Shown here: one piece after another, positions 10,601-20,308 of the stretch | Position numbering within the stretch: the stretch's first letter is position 1 | How the letters are laid out: each line of letters starts with the position of its first letter | Virus record (IMG/VR): IMGVR_UViG_3300024239_000132 | Span: 9,250-73,249 of that record | DNA: 64,000 nt | Reading direction: 5' to 3' (one strand) | From: a virus | The notes under the pieces: generated by a model | What the model was told of the DNA's origin: nothing | The model's input: only the letters and a program-made list of their open reading frames with translations | The model's database searches: none | Translations under genes and position numbers: made by a program

Positions 10601-13600
10601 TGTTCGAGACCGAGAAGGTCAAGAACTGGTTTCGTCGTGCCTACAAGTTCCCCAAGGAAGTTCGCTCTCGCTTGGTTGGCAAGGACAGTCCGCTATCGTT
10701 CATCAACGAAGCGGTGCAGTCGAATGATACTTACTCGAAGCTGCTCGAAGGCAAGTCGACCAAGACCCTGACGGCTGATGTCGCCAAGGCTTATGCTGAC
10801 TTTCTGGCCGTTGGCAGTGATGTCTTTGTCGAAATGGACAAGAGCCTCGAGAAGTTCTTGGACAGTGCCCAGAACAAGAAAGAAGGCACCACTTTCCGTG
10901 ATGCCCTGACCAATGGTCTGAGCCTTGATAGCGGCAATCAGGTCAATGGCTTTCCTCGCGGTAAAGCCCTGAACATTGTTGAGCAGAACGAAGATGGTTC
11001 GTTCTCTTACAATGAGCAGTTGGCTGAGGCTGCAATCCTCGCCGGCCTTCAGTGGATGGTCACTGCCAAGGATCGCATGCGTGAGCTCGATGCCGAGGAA
11101 ATTGCCAAGATCACTGGCCTCACCGAAGCCGAAGCAACCGAGCATGTGAACTTCTTTAATGATGGTCTGTGGCGTGTTGCTGCAAAGCGTGATCTCGCCA
11201 ATCTCATCACACGCTACTGGGGTGTGCAAGGCAACCGTGAAGCTCCTGAGGGCTATGTCCGTGGTATTGCTGAAGGTGTGGCGTCTGAGGTTCTGCGTGG
11301 CTTGCAGGCTTCTGGTATGCTCATTGAGGATGGCCGCAAGATCGATGGTAAAGATCATGTGCTGTTCCGCTTTACGGACGAAGCCCAAGACCACTTTGAC
11401 AGGATCGCTGCCTTCCCGTCAGCAATCGAAGAGGCAGTGCTCGTCGAACCGGAGAACGTGAACTACATTGGTTCGGCTCCGGGTGAGGTCGCAACCAATC
11501 AACTGCACGGATCTCCTGTTCCTCTGCTGGATCAGCAGAAGCAAGCACTGGAAGCTGCCCAGAATACACCATTCACGCTCAACCTGAATATGCTGAGCTT
11601 TCTTGAGATGCTCGGTGAGGAAGGTGTGTTGGCTCTGTTCGGAAAGGGTGATCCCACTGGCCGTGGTCTCCTCAAGAAGACTGCCGAGACGATCAAAGGC
11701 TACAACCAGACAGTGCTGTCCGGCTATAAGCACCTGACCAATCTTGTCCGTGAGATGGACAACGTGGCCGACACTACCGGAACCAAGGTAGAAGAGCTGC
11801 CTGTGTTCTTCCGTTACGGTATCTCGTCGGTTGGCCGTATGCAGATGCAGGGCCGTGCTTCGCCCCAGGCAAGCAAGCTGGTTCGTGAGGTTCTGCTGCC
11901 TACGTGGAGCACCTTGGATCTGAGCCAGGTTGGTTCGGAACAGCATAATGCTTTCCTGCTGGCTGTGGGCCAACACATTGGGGTCAAGGTTCACAAGCTG
12001 AAGCCTGGCCAGGCCATCGAAAAGACCATGGATGAGCTCGGCACTAAGTATGCTGGCATCGTCGAAATGATGTCGCAGTGGCTTGCTACCGAAGGCGCCG
12101 AAACTTGGGGTCAGGCAGAGATCGACCGGATCAAGTCGGTCTTGGGGAACAAGGTCGCTCCCGGTGCCGTGCATGCTTTAATGGAGTATGCCCGTTACCT
12201 CAACGACCTCGATGGTCGTAAGGCTCTCCGCACTGGCCTGTATCTTGAAGCTGACGGTGTGACCGATGGTCCAGTCAATGCCCTGATGAATCTGGTGGCT
12301 GGCAAGTTCACACCAGGGTGGCTGGATCTCATGAACCGTGGTGGCATGTACCTTGGATCTAATCCGGTATCTCTTGCCGATTATGTCACCCGGTCAAAGG
12401 ACAGCTCTGAGGATCTGTACCAGAAGACCACCAACTTCCTCTACGAGCACCTGTCTTCGTTGTGGGACAAGCTCTCGTCGAGCTCGCGTGCAAGCGAGAT
12501 GAGCAACATGATGGGTGATCTGTTCATCGATCTGCTGCCTGATGTTCGGGTAGAAGATGGTCAGGTCAAGTTCGAGCGCGGCATTGCCAAGAATCCCCTG
12601 ACCGTGACGGTATATGGTTCTGGTGTCCGCGGTATTGCATCGAAGCTGACCGCTGGTCTGTTGGAAGAGCTCTACGATAGGCTGTCCACCGGTGAGCAGC
12701 TGCTGCCTCAGACAGAGCGTGCTCTGCGTGTTTTGACCACTACCAAGCTGACACGCAAGTTCGGCAAGTACAATGCTGTCCGGGTTGAAGGGATCAATCT
12801 CAACACCGGTTCTGGTGTCGACTTCGAGCTGACCAAGGACATGATCAAGATCCTTGAAGATAACGTGATGCAGCTGTTTGCTCGGCCGCTGACCGGAGCT
12901 GTTCGAGAGATCATGGATGACGCTCTTGAGACTGCCACCACGCTACGGATGGCAACTCAGGCTCAGTCTATTTTCTTCAAGTATGCCTACCGTCAGGCCA
13001 TCGCTGATGCGATTGCCAACAAGGACGGATCAGATGGCACTCTTGGTTCGGACTTCCTGTCCCAGGCTGAACTGGATCAGATATTCAAGGATCTTCAGAA
13101 AAAGTTTCCGATGATCAATACCGGTACTCAGATGATCTGGGTAGGTGGCTCGGCTGAGGCCGATATCGAGCAAGCTGAATTCGGCGGTGCTCTGGATGGC
13201 AGTCTGCGTTCGCCGGGCTATACCTATGGTCCAGAGAACTCTGGTGTTTCGGGTATCCCATTCATTGTCATCTCGACGGGTGATGGTCAGATGATCCTGA
13301 ATGCACTGACCGGAGAACAAGCGCCTCAAGGCACTCTGCCGGTGTTCGATGGCATCAACATGAAGCTCGACACGATCAAGTCTGACAGCGAGCAAATCAA
13401 CAAGGCTGTCTATGATGGCTGGGCCAAGAATCCTGTTCGTGCTGTTCAGCAGAGCTTTGCCCGGTTCATGGCCAACCTCGATACCAGCAATGTCTCTGAT
13501 GAGATGAATGCTGAACTTGAGCAGGCTTTCAGGGATGGACCTGATTTCACTTACGTCGACCCGGCTTTCCATCTTGGAGAGGTAGCCTATCAACTCGATA

Positions 13601-16600
13601 AGGCTGCCAATGAGCTAGATGCTCGCAAGGCAGTGTTGGCCAAGGTCAACATGTCGGTTGATCACATGGCATCGGCTGCTGCACCGTTCACCAAAAGTGA
13701 TGGTGTAGGGCTGCCAGCTGATCCGACTGAGGCCGCCAAGGTCCTCAACGAGATGTATGCTGAGGAACTGGCCAAGGTTACTAAGAAGAAGCCCGAACCA
13801 AGGGCAGAAGTGTCCGAAGATATCTCCGCTGCTCTTGGTTCAATCGGTACGCTCCACTCCAGTGGTGCCAGAATCATTAGCCGGGACGCTATCCGACAAA
13901 TTGTCGGTGAGCTCAACATCCCTCTGGATCAGCGGGGCCTGTTGCGTTCGTCGGTCAATGCTCTGGCAACCAAGGGCTGGACAGTGCTCCATGGCACGCC
14001 TGAGCAGCTCATCGAGTATGCCCGTGAGAATGGCCTTAAGGTTCCTTACGGCTTCAACGACAGCAACGGCATGGTCTTGCCAGCAGACAAGGTGATGTTC
14101 CTCACCTCTGCCAATAGCGAGACCATGACCCATGAATTCCTGCATGCTGCTACCGTGCAGCTGATCCACGCCCACTACTCGGGCAATGGTCAGGTAGCCA
14201 AGGCAGTGCCTGATGCTGTTAAGCGTCTCGAACTGCTGATGGCAGACTTCCTGGCGATCGATCCAAGCACGATTGAAGATCAGGAAACTCGTGCAGAATT
14301 TAAATTTGTTAAAGAGCAGATCGACAAGTTCGATGAGAGCTCAATGAGCGATGCCAATATCAAAACCGGCAAGCTCTCCGAGTTCATGGCTTGGACCCTT
14401 GCGAACCAGAAGCTGTCGGATCTCGCTCGCAAGACCAAGGTCAAGAGCAAACTGGCTCTGATTGCTGACAAAGTTCTCGAGACGCTCAAGAAGCTATGGC
14501 GCCAGACTGGTCTGGCTCCCACCCCTCGAGATGATATCTACAGCAACGTCCGTTTCAACACTCTGTTGCTGATGGAGAACAAGCAGAAGTCGGTGCTGGA
14601 TCCTGCATCGGTCACCAGCATGGCCCAGTTCCAGGCTCGCAACTACGGTGGCAGTGATCGGCTGATCGAGCTAGAGAAGTCGTTTGCTCGCAAGATGTTG
14701 GCTGCGCTTCCTACTGAACCAACACGACGATTCCGTATCGATCAGAAGTATGAAGCGATGCACCGCATGGCTGGTCAGGTTCGCAAGACTTTCCAGTCCA
14801 ATGGCTTTGCCATGAACCAGAAAGAAGCATCGTTCTTCGAGACCTTGGTCATGGCTCTGGCCGTCGACAAGTCGCTCAACGCCAATGCTCAGTCTCGGGC
14901 TGAAGAAGTCTTCCGTGAGGTTCTGTCGAAGCTCAAGGTCGAAGATTTCATGGAAGATCCTGATAGCCAGGATCAGTACGATCGTGATCAAGCGAACCTC
15001 AAGTTCAACACCGTGGTGGGCAATGCTTTCGTCGGACGGGATCTGTCTAGCCGTACCATGCTCATGCCTGCGTTCCTGGCTCTGGCAATGGTACATGAGC
15101 CCTTCCGCAATGCCCTTTCCAAGATGGATCTGCCCAAGTTTCAGAAGAGCTCTGAGGGCACTCTGGATGCATTGCTCAGTAACCTTGGCAATGAAGGTCT
15201 CGATCGCCTTGGCCGTACCCTCTCCGGTGAAGGCAAGTCGGATAATGTGCTCGATGCTGTCGAAGCCCTAACCCGCAAGCTGGCTGAGGTCCAGTCTGAG
15301 CGGGAAGCTGTTATCGAGACGCATATCGATGCCGTCGGCAATACGATCGACAAGACGAATAACTTCGTGGTCGATCAGATGAATCGCTTGAGCCGTGAAG
15401 GGTACGATCGGCTTCAGGATGTTGTTGAAAACTCCGACAACAAGTATGCCCGGGGTGCAGCTCGTGCAGCAGCTGCCGTGGTGAGCTTCTTCAATGAGGA
15501 CATCTCCGGCGCCAATGCCGAGTTCGCTCTGAAGCTGTCGGACAAGTCCACTGTCTGGAAGCCTTTGCGTGAGCTTCTGGTGGAAGTGATCGGCCGTACT
15601 GACGAGAATGCTCCGATCTACGATATGATCAAGGCTGTCCGGTCCTACATCCAGCAGACCCGTCAGATCTATCGTGAGCGTCTGCCCAAGTTTCTGTCGG
15701 AGAAGTTTTCGAGGAAGCTCTCGAAGCAGGAATGGTCTGGCATGTACCATGTCATGGCCAAGACTGATCTGGCTGCCGTTGCTTCCCTTGGTTCAAAGCG
15801 TGTTCTGGATATGCTCCGGGATGCTGGCAAGCTGCGTCAGGAGACTGCTGCTCTGGAGCGTCAGATTGACAAGCTGGATTCGGTGCATTCGACCAAACTC
15901 AAGACTAAAGCCCGAGAGCTGGCTGAATACATGATGCTGCGTAAGGTAAGCAGCAATTTGCTGACCAATGCTGAAAGTGTGGCCAACCTTTATGGTGAGC
16001 TCACGGCTCAGCAGCGCAATAGCCGTGGTGTACCTAAGAAGGCTCTGATCCAGGCAGTCGATCAGCTGGCTACGCTGTACGCTCTGGATCTTAGCGGAGC
16101 CAAGAATCGTCAGGTTGTGGCTGAGCTTGCTGCCAAGGAAACCGGCGGCGTGGAGTTCATGTTGAATTACCTGAAGGGTCAGCGTCAGAATGAACAGGGC
16201 AAGGCTCGTAGTGGCCGGGCACAGGTCAACCACATCAAGGGCTACGTCCCGACGGAAATCCGTTCAGGTGCAAGCCTGATTGTCGCTCCGGATTTGCAGC
16301 ACAACGATCTGGCGGCTCGTGGTTATACCCGGGTTGCTCCTTACAAGGGCTCGGCTGCCGAGGGTCCTTCTGGTTCGCAGAGCTATTATTTTGCTCCGCT
16401 GTCTGCCCGGGCACAGTTCAATCAGGGCATTGCCCAGAACGTTCGCTCGACCTTTTCTGGCGTTGATCCGGCATCGGGCTTCAGCATTGAAAATTATGGC
16501 CTTGGTCGAATTACGAACCAGGAAGCTGTTCGCAAGATCACTAGCCGCATTCGGATGAACCGCGGATCTGAGGCTCTCATACCCATTCGTGACGAGTTCG

Positions 16601-17985
16601 GTGATGTTGTGGCTTACGAACGCACGCTGGATCCTGCTCAGCTGGCCAAGCTGGAACGTGAAGAAGATCTGTCCAAAGTTTTGGGTATCTGGCGTGGTAG
16701 GCAGCTGGAAGAAGCTTCTGCTGACCAGTTCAATCAGATTCTGGTCGAGCGTCTTCACGATATGTGGGACAAGCGCTCGGTCGGTGACGAGGAAGCGTTC
16801 GTCGACTTGTTCGATCCCAAGTCCCACAAGGATCCGGTGGTAAGTGATGCCGTGAAGCTGTTCACTCCCCAGATGCGTCGACACATCGAGAACGCTTTTG
16901 GTGGTGAAGGCTTCATGGTTCGCAAGAGCATGATCAACGATGTCGTCGGGTATCGCTCGGCTTCGATCGGTGATCTGTGGACTGGTGTGACGAGGGTACC
17001 GCCTGAGACTGCCAAGGTGGCTGCCAATGTACTGACCGCGGTAATGGGCAAGGATGCCTACAAGTACCTCGTTACTGGCGAGAAGCTATGGCAGAACTTT
17101 GTGTCTGATGCTCGTACTACGATCGTGGTTCGCTCGGTAATCGTTCCTGCCTCGAACATCATCAGCAACGTCTATCAGCTGGCTTCTCGAGGTGTACCGC
17201 TCAAGGATATTCTTCGTGGCATGCCCAAGAAGCTTGCTGAGATTCAGGCATATCACGAGAACCACCAGAAGGAGATCAAGCTGGAAGCAGAGCTCCTCTC
17301 GGTGCAGAATGATCCTACCAAGAGCCGCGCTCTGAAAGCTCAGATCCAGTCCCTCAAAGATGGACACCGGCGCCTGAGCATTTGGCCTCTGATTGCCGCC
17401 GGTGAGTTCTCGTCGGTTTCGGAAGCTACCGTGATGCGGGAAGAGTCGACGTTGTTTGAAGGCAAGGTGACCCAGTACATGGAGAGCCTGGTCGACAAGC
17501 TGCCTGACTTGGTTCGCACTGCTGGACGTTATGCGATTATCTCGCGGGATACTGCCCTGTTCCAGGGTCTCCAGCGTGCTGTCGAGTACGGGGACTTCCT
17601 GGCCAAGGCAGTTCTCTATGATGATCTGACCAAGCGTCAGGGCTTGGATAAGGACAAGGCTCGAGCCAAGGTTAGTGAAGAGTTCGTGAACTACGATCGT
17701 CTGCCTGGCCGTTTCCGCGGTACCTTGGAAAATATGGGTCTGATCTGGTTCTGGCACTTCAAGCTTCGGGCCATCAAGATTGCCATGTCGACGCTCCGGA
17801 ACAATCCGTTGCATTTCCTCATGGCAGCTGCTGTCCCGGCTCCTGACTTCTTCGGATCGGTGGGTCTGCCGGTTACGGATAACGCTCTGGCAGTGGCAGC
17901 TGAGGGCAAGCTGAACTATTCCATCGGACCATTGCAGGGCCTTCATGCCCATGCACTTAATCCTTGGATGAATCTGTTGGGATAA
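7627..17985 (+). CDS. Virion-encapsidated RNA polymerase (N4 gp50)
   Basis: 3452 aa; T7-like motifs SSVGRMQM, LEADGVTDGP, RGIAKNPLTVTVYGSG and VFDG; no Cys noticed, as in N4 vRNAP. Confidence 0.97.
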   Translation: MSGYTDFLKRFTVANVGPVPVQQPNADTFYKIAAARQNGTGQSNSDPVEQDLQSLSTSEIIAKYGPVGLTMVQQRAMGDARYTRDRYDPAGSTLTDTAMSVGKGFANSVGGLVNLGVGLVNDDAGAWTAEKLGDFNSWVQSKQSDGLNAHRRANKVTNEISFADNKAIYENERKSEGDFLASLRRIGRDAMSAVGNASSDGTILTDGIADAGGSLLSGGLISKGARVLGSKLVQGLLARGVLSEGAALKAADVGGRVSMPGTIGGMEAGGAYQQTVQQVMAMSHDDLVAGSPEYVKLLQEGWDPEDAQVELATSAGLTAAAIQFPVAAAAGTLVSKFEANPFKGAFSGLGIVKNGANEAIEEAVQSGFGQLAGNVGTRAFADQNQDLTDGVGEQAGLGALYGFGSAAAVQVPGSAASAAIAGTVAAAKGAKVLGNKAVDAFDKRLTSVKEGIDQLNPVSKDNINTAVEQTLTEAPAVAQQVQADVEAGTLTPEQGDAIKQRLDTLQQSIAFDPVEIEDRNLSPAVKSVIGSATNKFDALQKAAQLAGSKQVDVPSRIEAALYINDTLNKFGAQLIGDFTSAIDIVPDDHASLPKLREFEDVLINFQQNPELQQARQAAQQYVERMQAEALSEQAVATPKGQQAVRGVVSVAESNPESVSEDLANLVLEHARMGRVKLTPQQTRVLTNAAVLSKTGNTYKLEAKKRELKPTDIVRAQVLTDEMKATPEAKGEALSLAQHVRGINDAYRASNLELAAQRLKRLSDFAQHFQNKVAALNTAYETGANSDRNAVEFEGLSLKGAWGAKGRAWISPTKVGSIKLAQSVALEAKALADMANGMAQSMPELGIGPVTPVELNPDLVGPSTKVAQRFQNAPEKAPTKLIELEETAKVEPAQAEPSKAQTESVAPKAEVTENVTPSPTKTVEAEPVDKPVDEVSTEPVETSPAVEPVEAPESSDRASDQESTKAETQTEEAKADPEQEAKPVTVEQAYPNLFETEKVKNWFRRAYKFPKEVRSRLVGKDSPLSFINEAVQSNDTYSKLLEGKSTKTLTADVAKAYADFLAVGSDVFVEMDKSLEKFLDSAQNKKEGTTFRDALTNGLSLDSGNQVNGFPRGKALNIVEQNEDGSFSYNEQLAEAAILAGLQWMVTAKDRMRELDAEEIAKITGLTEAEATEHVNFFNDGLWRVAAKRDLANLITRYWGVQGNREAPEGYVRGIAEGVASEVLRGLQASGMLIEDGRKIDGKDHVLFRFTDEAQDHFDRIAAFPSAIEEAVLVEPENVNYIGSAPGEVATNQLHGSPVPLLDQQKQALEAAQNTPFTLNLNMLSFLEMLGEEGVLALFGKGDPTGRGLLKKTAETIKGYNQTVLSGYKHLTNLVREMDNVADTTGTKVEELPVFFRYGISSVGRMQMQGRASPQASKLVREVLLPTWSTLDLSQVGSEQHNAFLLAVGQHIGVKVHKLKPGQAIEKTMDELGTKYAGIVEMMSQWLATEGAETWGQAEIDRIKSVLGNKVAPGAVHALMEYARYLNDLDGRKALRTGLYLEADGVTDGPVNALMNLVAGKFTPGWLDLMNRGGMYLGSNPVSLADYVTRSKDSSEDLYQKTTNFLYEHLSSLWDKLSSSSRASEMSNMMGDLFIDLLPDVRVEDGQVKFERGIAKNPLTVTVYGSGVRGIASKLTAGLLEELYDRLSTGEQLLPQTERALRVLTTTKLTRKFGKYNAVRVEGINLNTGSGVDFELTKDMIKILEDNVMQLFARPLTGAVREIMDDALETATTLRMATQAQSIFFKYAYRQAIADAIANKDGSDGTLGSDFLSQAELDQIFKDLQKKFPMINTGTQMIWVGGSAEADIEQAEFGGALDGSLRSPGYTYGPENSGVSGIPFIVISTGDGQMILNALTGEQAPQGTLPVFDGINMKLDTIKSDSEQINKAVYDGWAKNPVRAVQQSFARFMANLDTSNVSDEMNAELEQAFRDGPDFTYVDPAFHLGEVAYQLDKAANELDARKAVLAKVNMSVDHMASAAAPFTKSDGVGLPADPTEAAKVLNEMYAEELAKVTKKKPEPRAEVSEDISAALGSIGTLHSSGARIISRDAIRQIVGELNIPLDQRGLLRSSVNALATKGWTVLHGTPEQLIEYARENGLKVPYGFNDSNGMVLPADKVMFLTSANSETMTHEFLHAATVQLIHAHYSGNGQVAKAVPDAVKRLELLMADFLAIDPSTIEDQETRAEFKFVKEQIDKFDESSMSDANIKTGKLSEFMAWTLANQKLSDLARKTKVKSKLALIADKVLETLKKLWRQTGLAPTPRDDIYSNVRFNTLLLMENKQKSVLDPASVTSMAQFQARNYGGSDRLIELEKSFARKMLAALPTEPTRRFRIDQKYEAMHRMAGQVRKTFQSNGFAMNQKEASFFETLVMALAVDKSLNANAQSRAEEVFREVLSKLKVEDFMEDPDSQDQYDRDQANLKFNTVVGNAFVGRDLSSRTMLMPAFLALAMVHEPFRNALSKMDLPKFQKSSEGTLDALLSNLGNEGLDRLGRTLSGEGKSDNVLDAVEALTRKLAEVQSEREAVIETHIDAVGNTIDKTNNFVVDQMNRLSREGYDRLQDVVENSDNKYARGAARAAAAVVSFFNEDISGANAEFALKLSDKSTVWKPLRELLVEVIGRTDENAPIYDMIKAVRSYIQQTRQIYRERLPKFLSEKFSRKLSKQEWSGMYHVMAKTDLAAVASLGSKRVLDMLRDAGKLRQETAALERQIDKLDSVHSTKLKTKARELAEYMMLRKVSSNLLTNAESVANLYGELTAQQRNSRGVPKKALIQAVDQLATLYALDLSGAKNRQVVAELAAKETGGVEFMLNYLKGQRQNEQGKARSGRAQVNHIKGYVPTEIRSGASLIVAPDLQHNDLAARGYTRVAPYKGSAAEGPSGSQSYYFAPLSARAQFNQGIAQNVRSTFSGVDPASGFSIENYGLGRITNQEAVRKITSRIRMNRGSEALIPIRDEFGDVVAYERTLDPAQLAKLEREEDLSKVLGIWRGRQLEEASADQFNQILVERLHDMWDKRSVGDEEAFVDLFDPKSHKDPVVSDAVKLFTPQMRRHIENAFGGEGFMVRKSMINDVVGYRSASIGDLWTGVTRVPPETAKVAANVLTAVMGKDAYKYLVTGEKLWQNFVSDARTTIVVRSVIVPASNIISNVYQLASRGVPLKDILRGMPKKLAEIQAYHENHQKEIKLEAELLSVQNDPTKSRALKAQIQSLKDGHRRLSIWPLIAAGEFSSVSEATVMREESTLFEGKVTQYMESLVDKLPDLVRTAGRYAIISRDTALFQGLQRAVEYGDFLAKAVLYDDLTKRQGLDKDKARAKVSEEFVNYDRLPGRFRGTLENMGLIWFWHFKLRAIKIAMSTLRNNPLHFLMAAAVPAPDFFGSVGLPVTDNALAVAAEGKLNYSIGPLQGLHAHALNPWMNLLG

Positions 17986-18023
17986 TAAAAAAGACCCCTA
18001 CCAGGGCAAGTGGTAGGGGTCTT
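17986..18023. terminator. Terminator between convergent late and middle transcription
   Basis: AAGACCCCTACCA-GGGCAAG-TGGTAGGGGTCTT preceded by an A run, giving a U tail on the - strand. Confidence 0.8.
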
Positions 18024-18036
18024 CGTTCCTCTTGAC

Positions 18037-18194
18037 GGCGGGGCCCGACTCATCTGGCAGGGAGCTTTCCTGACCGGAGCTTTCCGAGCAAGTCGATTAC
18101 CGGCTACTTGACTTGCAAGTTTGATCCCGTCTCGTGGGATCAGGCCGCTGGTTCCTCCACATTCGGATGCCGTTGCAGGGACCAGAAACCCGCC
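18037..18194. ncRNA. Candidate multibranch structured RNA
   Basis: Closing stem GGCGGG/CCCGCC around five hairpins; GGAGCTTTCC occurs twice. Confidence 0.45.
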
Positions 18195-18200
18195 CAGCAT

Positions 18201-18365
18201 TCAGTCTGGCTGTTTATCCATCCAGTGCATCAGCCATTTGCCAATGAGCCAGAGCACAATGATGGCAGCCAAATAAGGTGCTGCGAATGCAATAGCGGCT
18301 CCCAGTAGGGATACCGTGGCAAGAGCCAGGATCCCTACCAGAAGGATCCTGGCCAGGTATATCAC
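18201..18365 (-). CDS. Small membrane protein (54 aa; not in the ORF track)
   Basis: GTG start overlaps upstream stop (GTGA); MIYLARILLVGILALATVSLLGAAIAFAAPYLAAIIVLWLIGKW..., two hydrophobic segments. Confidence 0.65.
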   Translation of the reverse strand: MIYLARILLVGILALATVSLLGAAIAFAAPYLAAIIVLWLIGKWLMHWMDKQPD

Positions 18366-18889
18366 GCCGCTTCAGGCTTCGCATTTACCGGCTTGCTGAG
18401 ACCACCGAAGATCTTCTTCACAGCCGGCTTGGGATCGGCATCGAACGGAACATTGTCCTGTCCTTCAGCTGCCTGCACTTCCGGTTCCTTGACCGAATCA
18501 GCCTTCTTGCCGAAGACTGCACGCAGAGGCTTGGTTGCCGGAGCTTCTTCAGCAACAGGCTCATCTGCTACTGGTTCAGCCTCAGGCTCTGTCTCTGCCA
18601 CTTCGACGACAGGCTCCTCGACCTTAACTTCAGCTTTGGGGGCTTCTGCCTTGGTCTCGGTCTTCTCAGCCTTGATGGCTGCCTTCACTTCCGCCTTGCT
18701 GACTTCCTCAGGCTTACCGCCCTTGGGTCCATCTTGCGGAGTGATGTCGATGACAGCCGTAAAGCCTTCGGTGCCACGGGTGGCCTTGAGATCGATATCG
18801 ACCCGCATATTTTCCCGCACTGCAATGAGTGCAAGAACGTGGTTGCGGATAGCCGTTTCGATCTCGGTCTGAGTGATGGTGATCTGCAT
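18362..18889 (-). CDS. Conserved N4-like hypothetical protein
   Basis: MQITITQTEIETAIR N-terminus, low-complexity E/A/P/K tail; position after resolvase. Confidence 0.7.
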   Translation of the reverse strand: MQITITQTEIETAIRNHVLALIAVRENMRVDIDLKATRGTEGFTAVIDITPQDGPKGGKPEEVSKAEVKAAIKAEKTETKAEAPKAEVKVEEPVVEVAETEPEAEPVADEPVAEEAPATKPLRAVFGKKADSVKEPEVQAAEGQDNVPFDADPKPAVKKIFGGLSKPVNAKPEAA

Positions 18890-18892
18890 CTG

Positions 18893-19450
18893 CTAAATCC
18901 CTGTAAAGAGTCTCATGAGGTTCTGGAACATTGGCGTCCTTACCCCAGCATGGATTGCTCCTATGGCATCTGCCATATGTTCTGCCTTCTCGGCACTGAG
19001 CTTTCCATGATGGTATGGAAAGTTTGCCTCCGGATACCAGGACATTGCACTCTGAATCATTTGGTTCTTTGTGGCACTCTTGGTTCCTGCCAATGCGAGT
19101 TTGACCTCGATCGGTGTCACCTCGATCAGAGGAATTCCCTCTGATCTTATTACCCCCAATATACCAACACACATGCCATAGCTAGCCATTGCACGCGCAG
19201 ATTGAGATCCAACCGGCACTTCGACAAAAACTACCTTAGCTTTCCTGGCCTCTTCCAGAGCAATCTTGGACAATTGCTCCGCTTGCTCGAGGTCCTTGGA
19301 ATTCTGTCTGACCTGTTTTGAAACAGTCTTGACCGGAGTGACGGTCTGTAAATGCGGTGTGTCAAGCACCCCCGCAGTCAGATCAAGAATTCCTGAGGCG
19401 ATGCCCCAGTTGGACATGCTCGGATCCATTCCGACTACGGGGATACGCAT
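18893..19450 (-). CDS. RuvC-like Holliday junction resolvase (N4 gp46-like)
   Basis: VVGMDPS, FVEVPVGSQ and EHMADAI catalytic motifs. Confidence 0.85.
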   Translation of the reverse strand: MRIPVVGMDPSMSNWGIASGILDLTAGVLDTPHLQTVTPVKTVSKQVRQNSKDLEQAEQLSKIALEEARKAKVVFVEVPVGSQSARAMASYGMCVGILGVIRSEGIPLIEVTPIEVKLALAGTKSATKNQMIQSAMSWYPEANFPYHHGKLSAEKAEHMADAIGAIHAGVRTPMFQNLMRLFTGI

Positions 19451-19466
19451 GAGACTCTACGCTCCC

Positions 19467-20222
19467 TTAGGCCGCGTTCTTGTTGCCGAAGAGACGCTTG
19501 GTCTCGGGCTTGGCGCCAGCCTGTGGAGCTGCACCCGAACCAGGACGGCCGGACTTGCCTGCCTGATTGTCATTCTTGGCAGTCTTGTCACGGGTCTGGC
19601 CCTTGTTGCGTTCGGTCCAGGCATCGATGAACACGCCGGTCTCGAGACCCTTACGGGCTTCTGCGACAGTCAGCTTCGAGTCGAGGTCATAGACCTTCTC
19701 GATGGTGTTCTCGTCACGGGTCTTGCCCGTCGGGATGTAGTTGCCGGCATCGTCCTTCTTGCTGACGTCGACGGTCGACTTGACGATGGCCACACCGACT
19801 TCCTTGCCGATGAGCTCGACGAGAACATGGGCTGCCTTGGGCAGTTCCTTCTTCTCTTCGTAATCCCACTGCTTGACGAGCTTTTCCTCGGTGGGCTGGT
19901 TCTCGAGCGATTCCCCAGTTGCCACGAGGCAGAGGTCATCGATCGTGGTGAAGCCTGGCAGAGGGACTTTCTTGGTCTTGTCTTCCTTGTTCAGGAAGTA
20001 GTTCTCACCCTTCTTGTTGGTGATGTAGATCGTCTCGCTGTAGTCAGCGCCATTGATCTTGCCCTGAACGGTCACGTTGCGAGCACCGCCTGCCGACTGG
20101 CCGGCATATGCCATGGTGATCTTCATGGTATAAACGTCGGTATCCAGTGCCGGAGTGCCGCCGCCCAGACGATCTTCCGATTCCTCGAGACCGTCGCTGT
20201 TCAGATTTTTGAAAATGCTCAT
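19467..20222 (-). CDS. Single-stranded DNA-binding protein / late activator (N4 gp45-like)
   Basis: Likely start MSIFKNL; DRLGGG and KVPLPGF motifs; C-terminal KRLFG like the N4SSB activation tail. Confidence 0.85.
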   Translation of the reverse strand: MSIFKNLNSDGLEESEDRLGGGTPALDTDVYTMKITMAYAGQSAGGARNVTVQGKINGADYSETIYITNKKGENYFLNKEDKTKKVPLPGFTTIDDLCLVATGESLENQPTEEKLVKQWDYEEKKELPKAAHVLVELIGKEVGVAIVKSTVDVSKKDDAGNYIPTGKTRDENTIEKVYDLDSKLTVAEARKGLETGVFIDAWTERNKGQTRDKTAKNDNQAGKSGRPGSGAAPQAGAKPETKRLFGNKNAA

Positions 20223-20308
20223 TGTACTCTTTGTCTTTCTTTTTGTGCTGTCTTGACGATCAGTTGCCGTAGAAGGCAGCGAGGTGATCCAGCAGAAGCT
20301 GGACATCG

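Noticed and set aside
7759-17952. Many long antisense ORFs opposite vRNAP, primase and other genes
   Set aside because: Shadow ORFs produced by biased codon usage; no motifs or RBS
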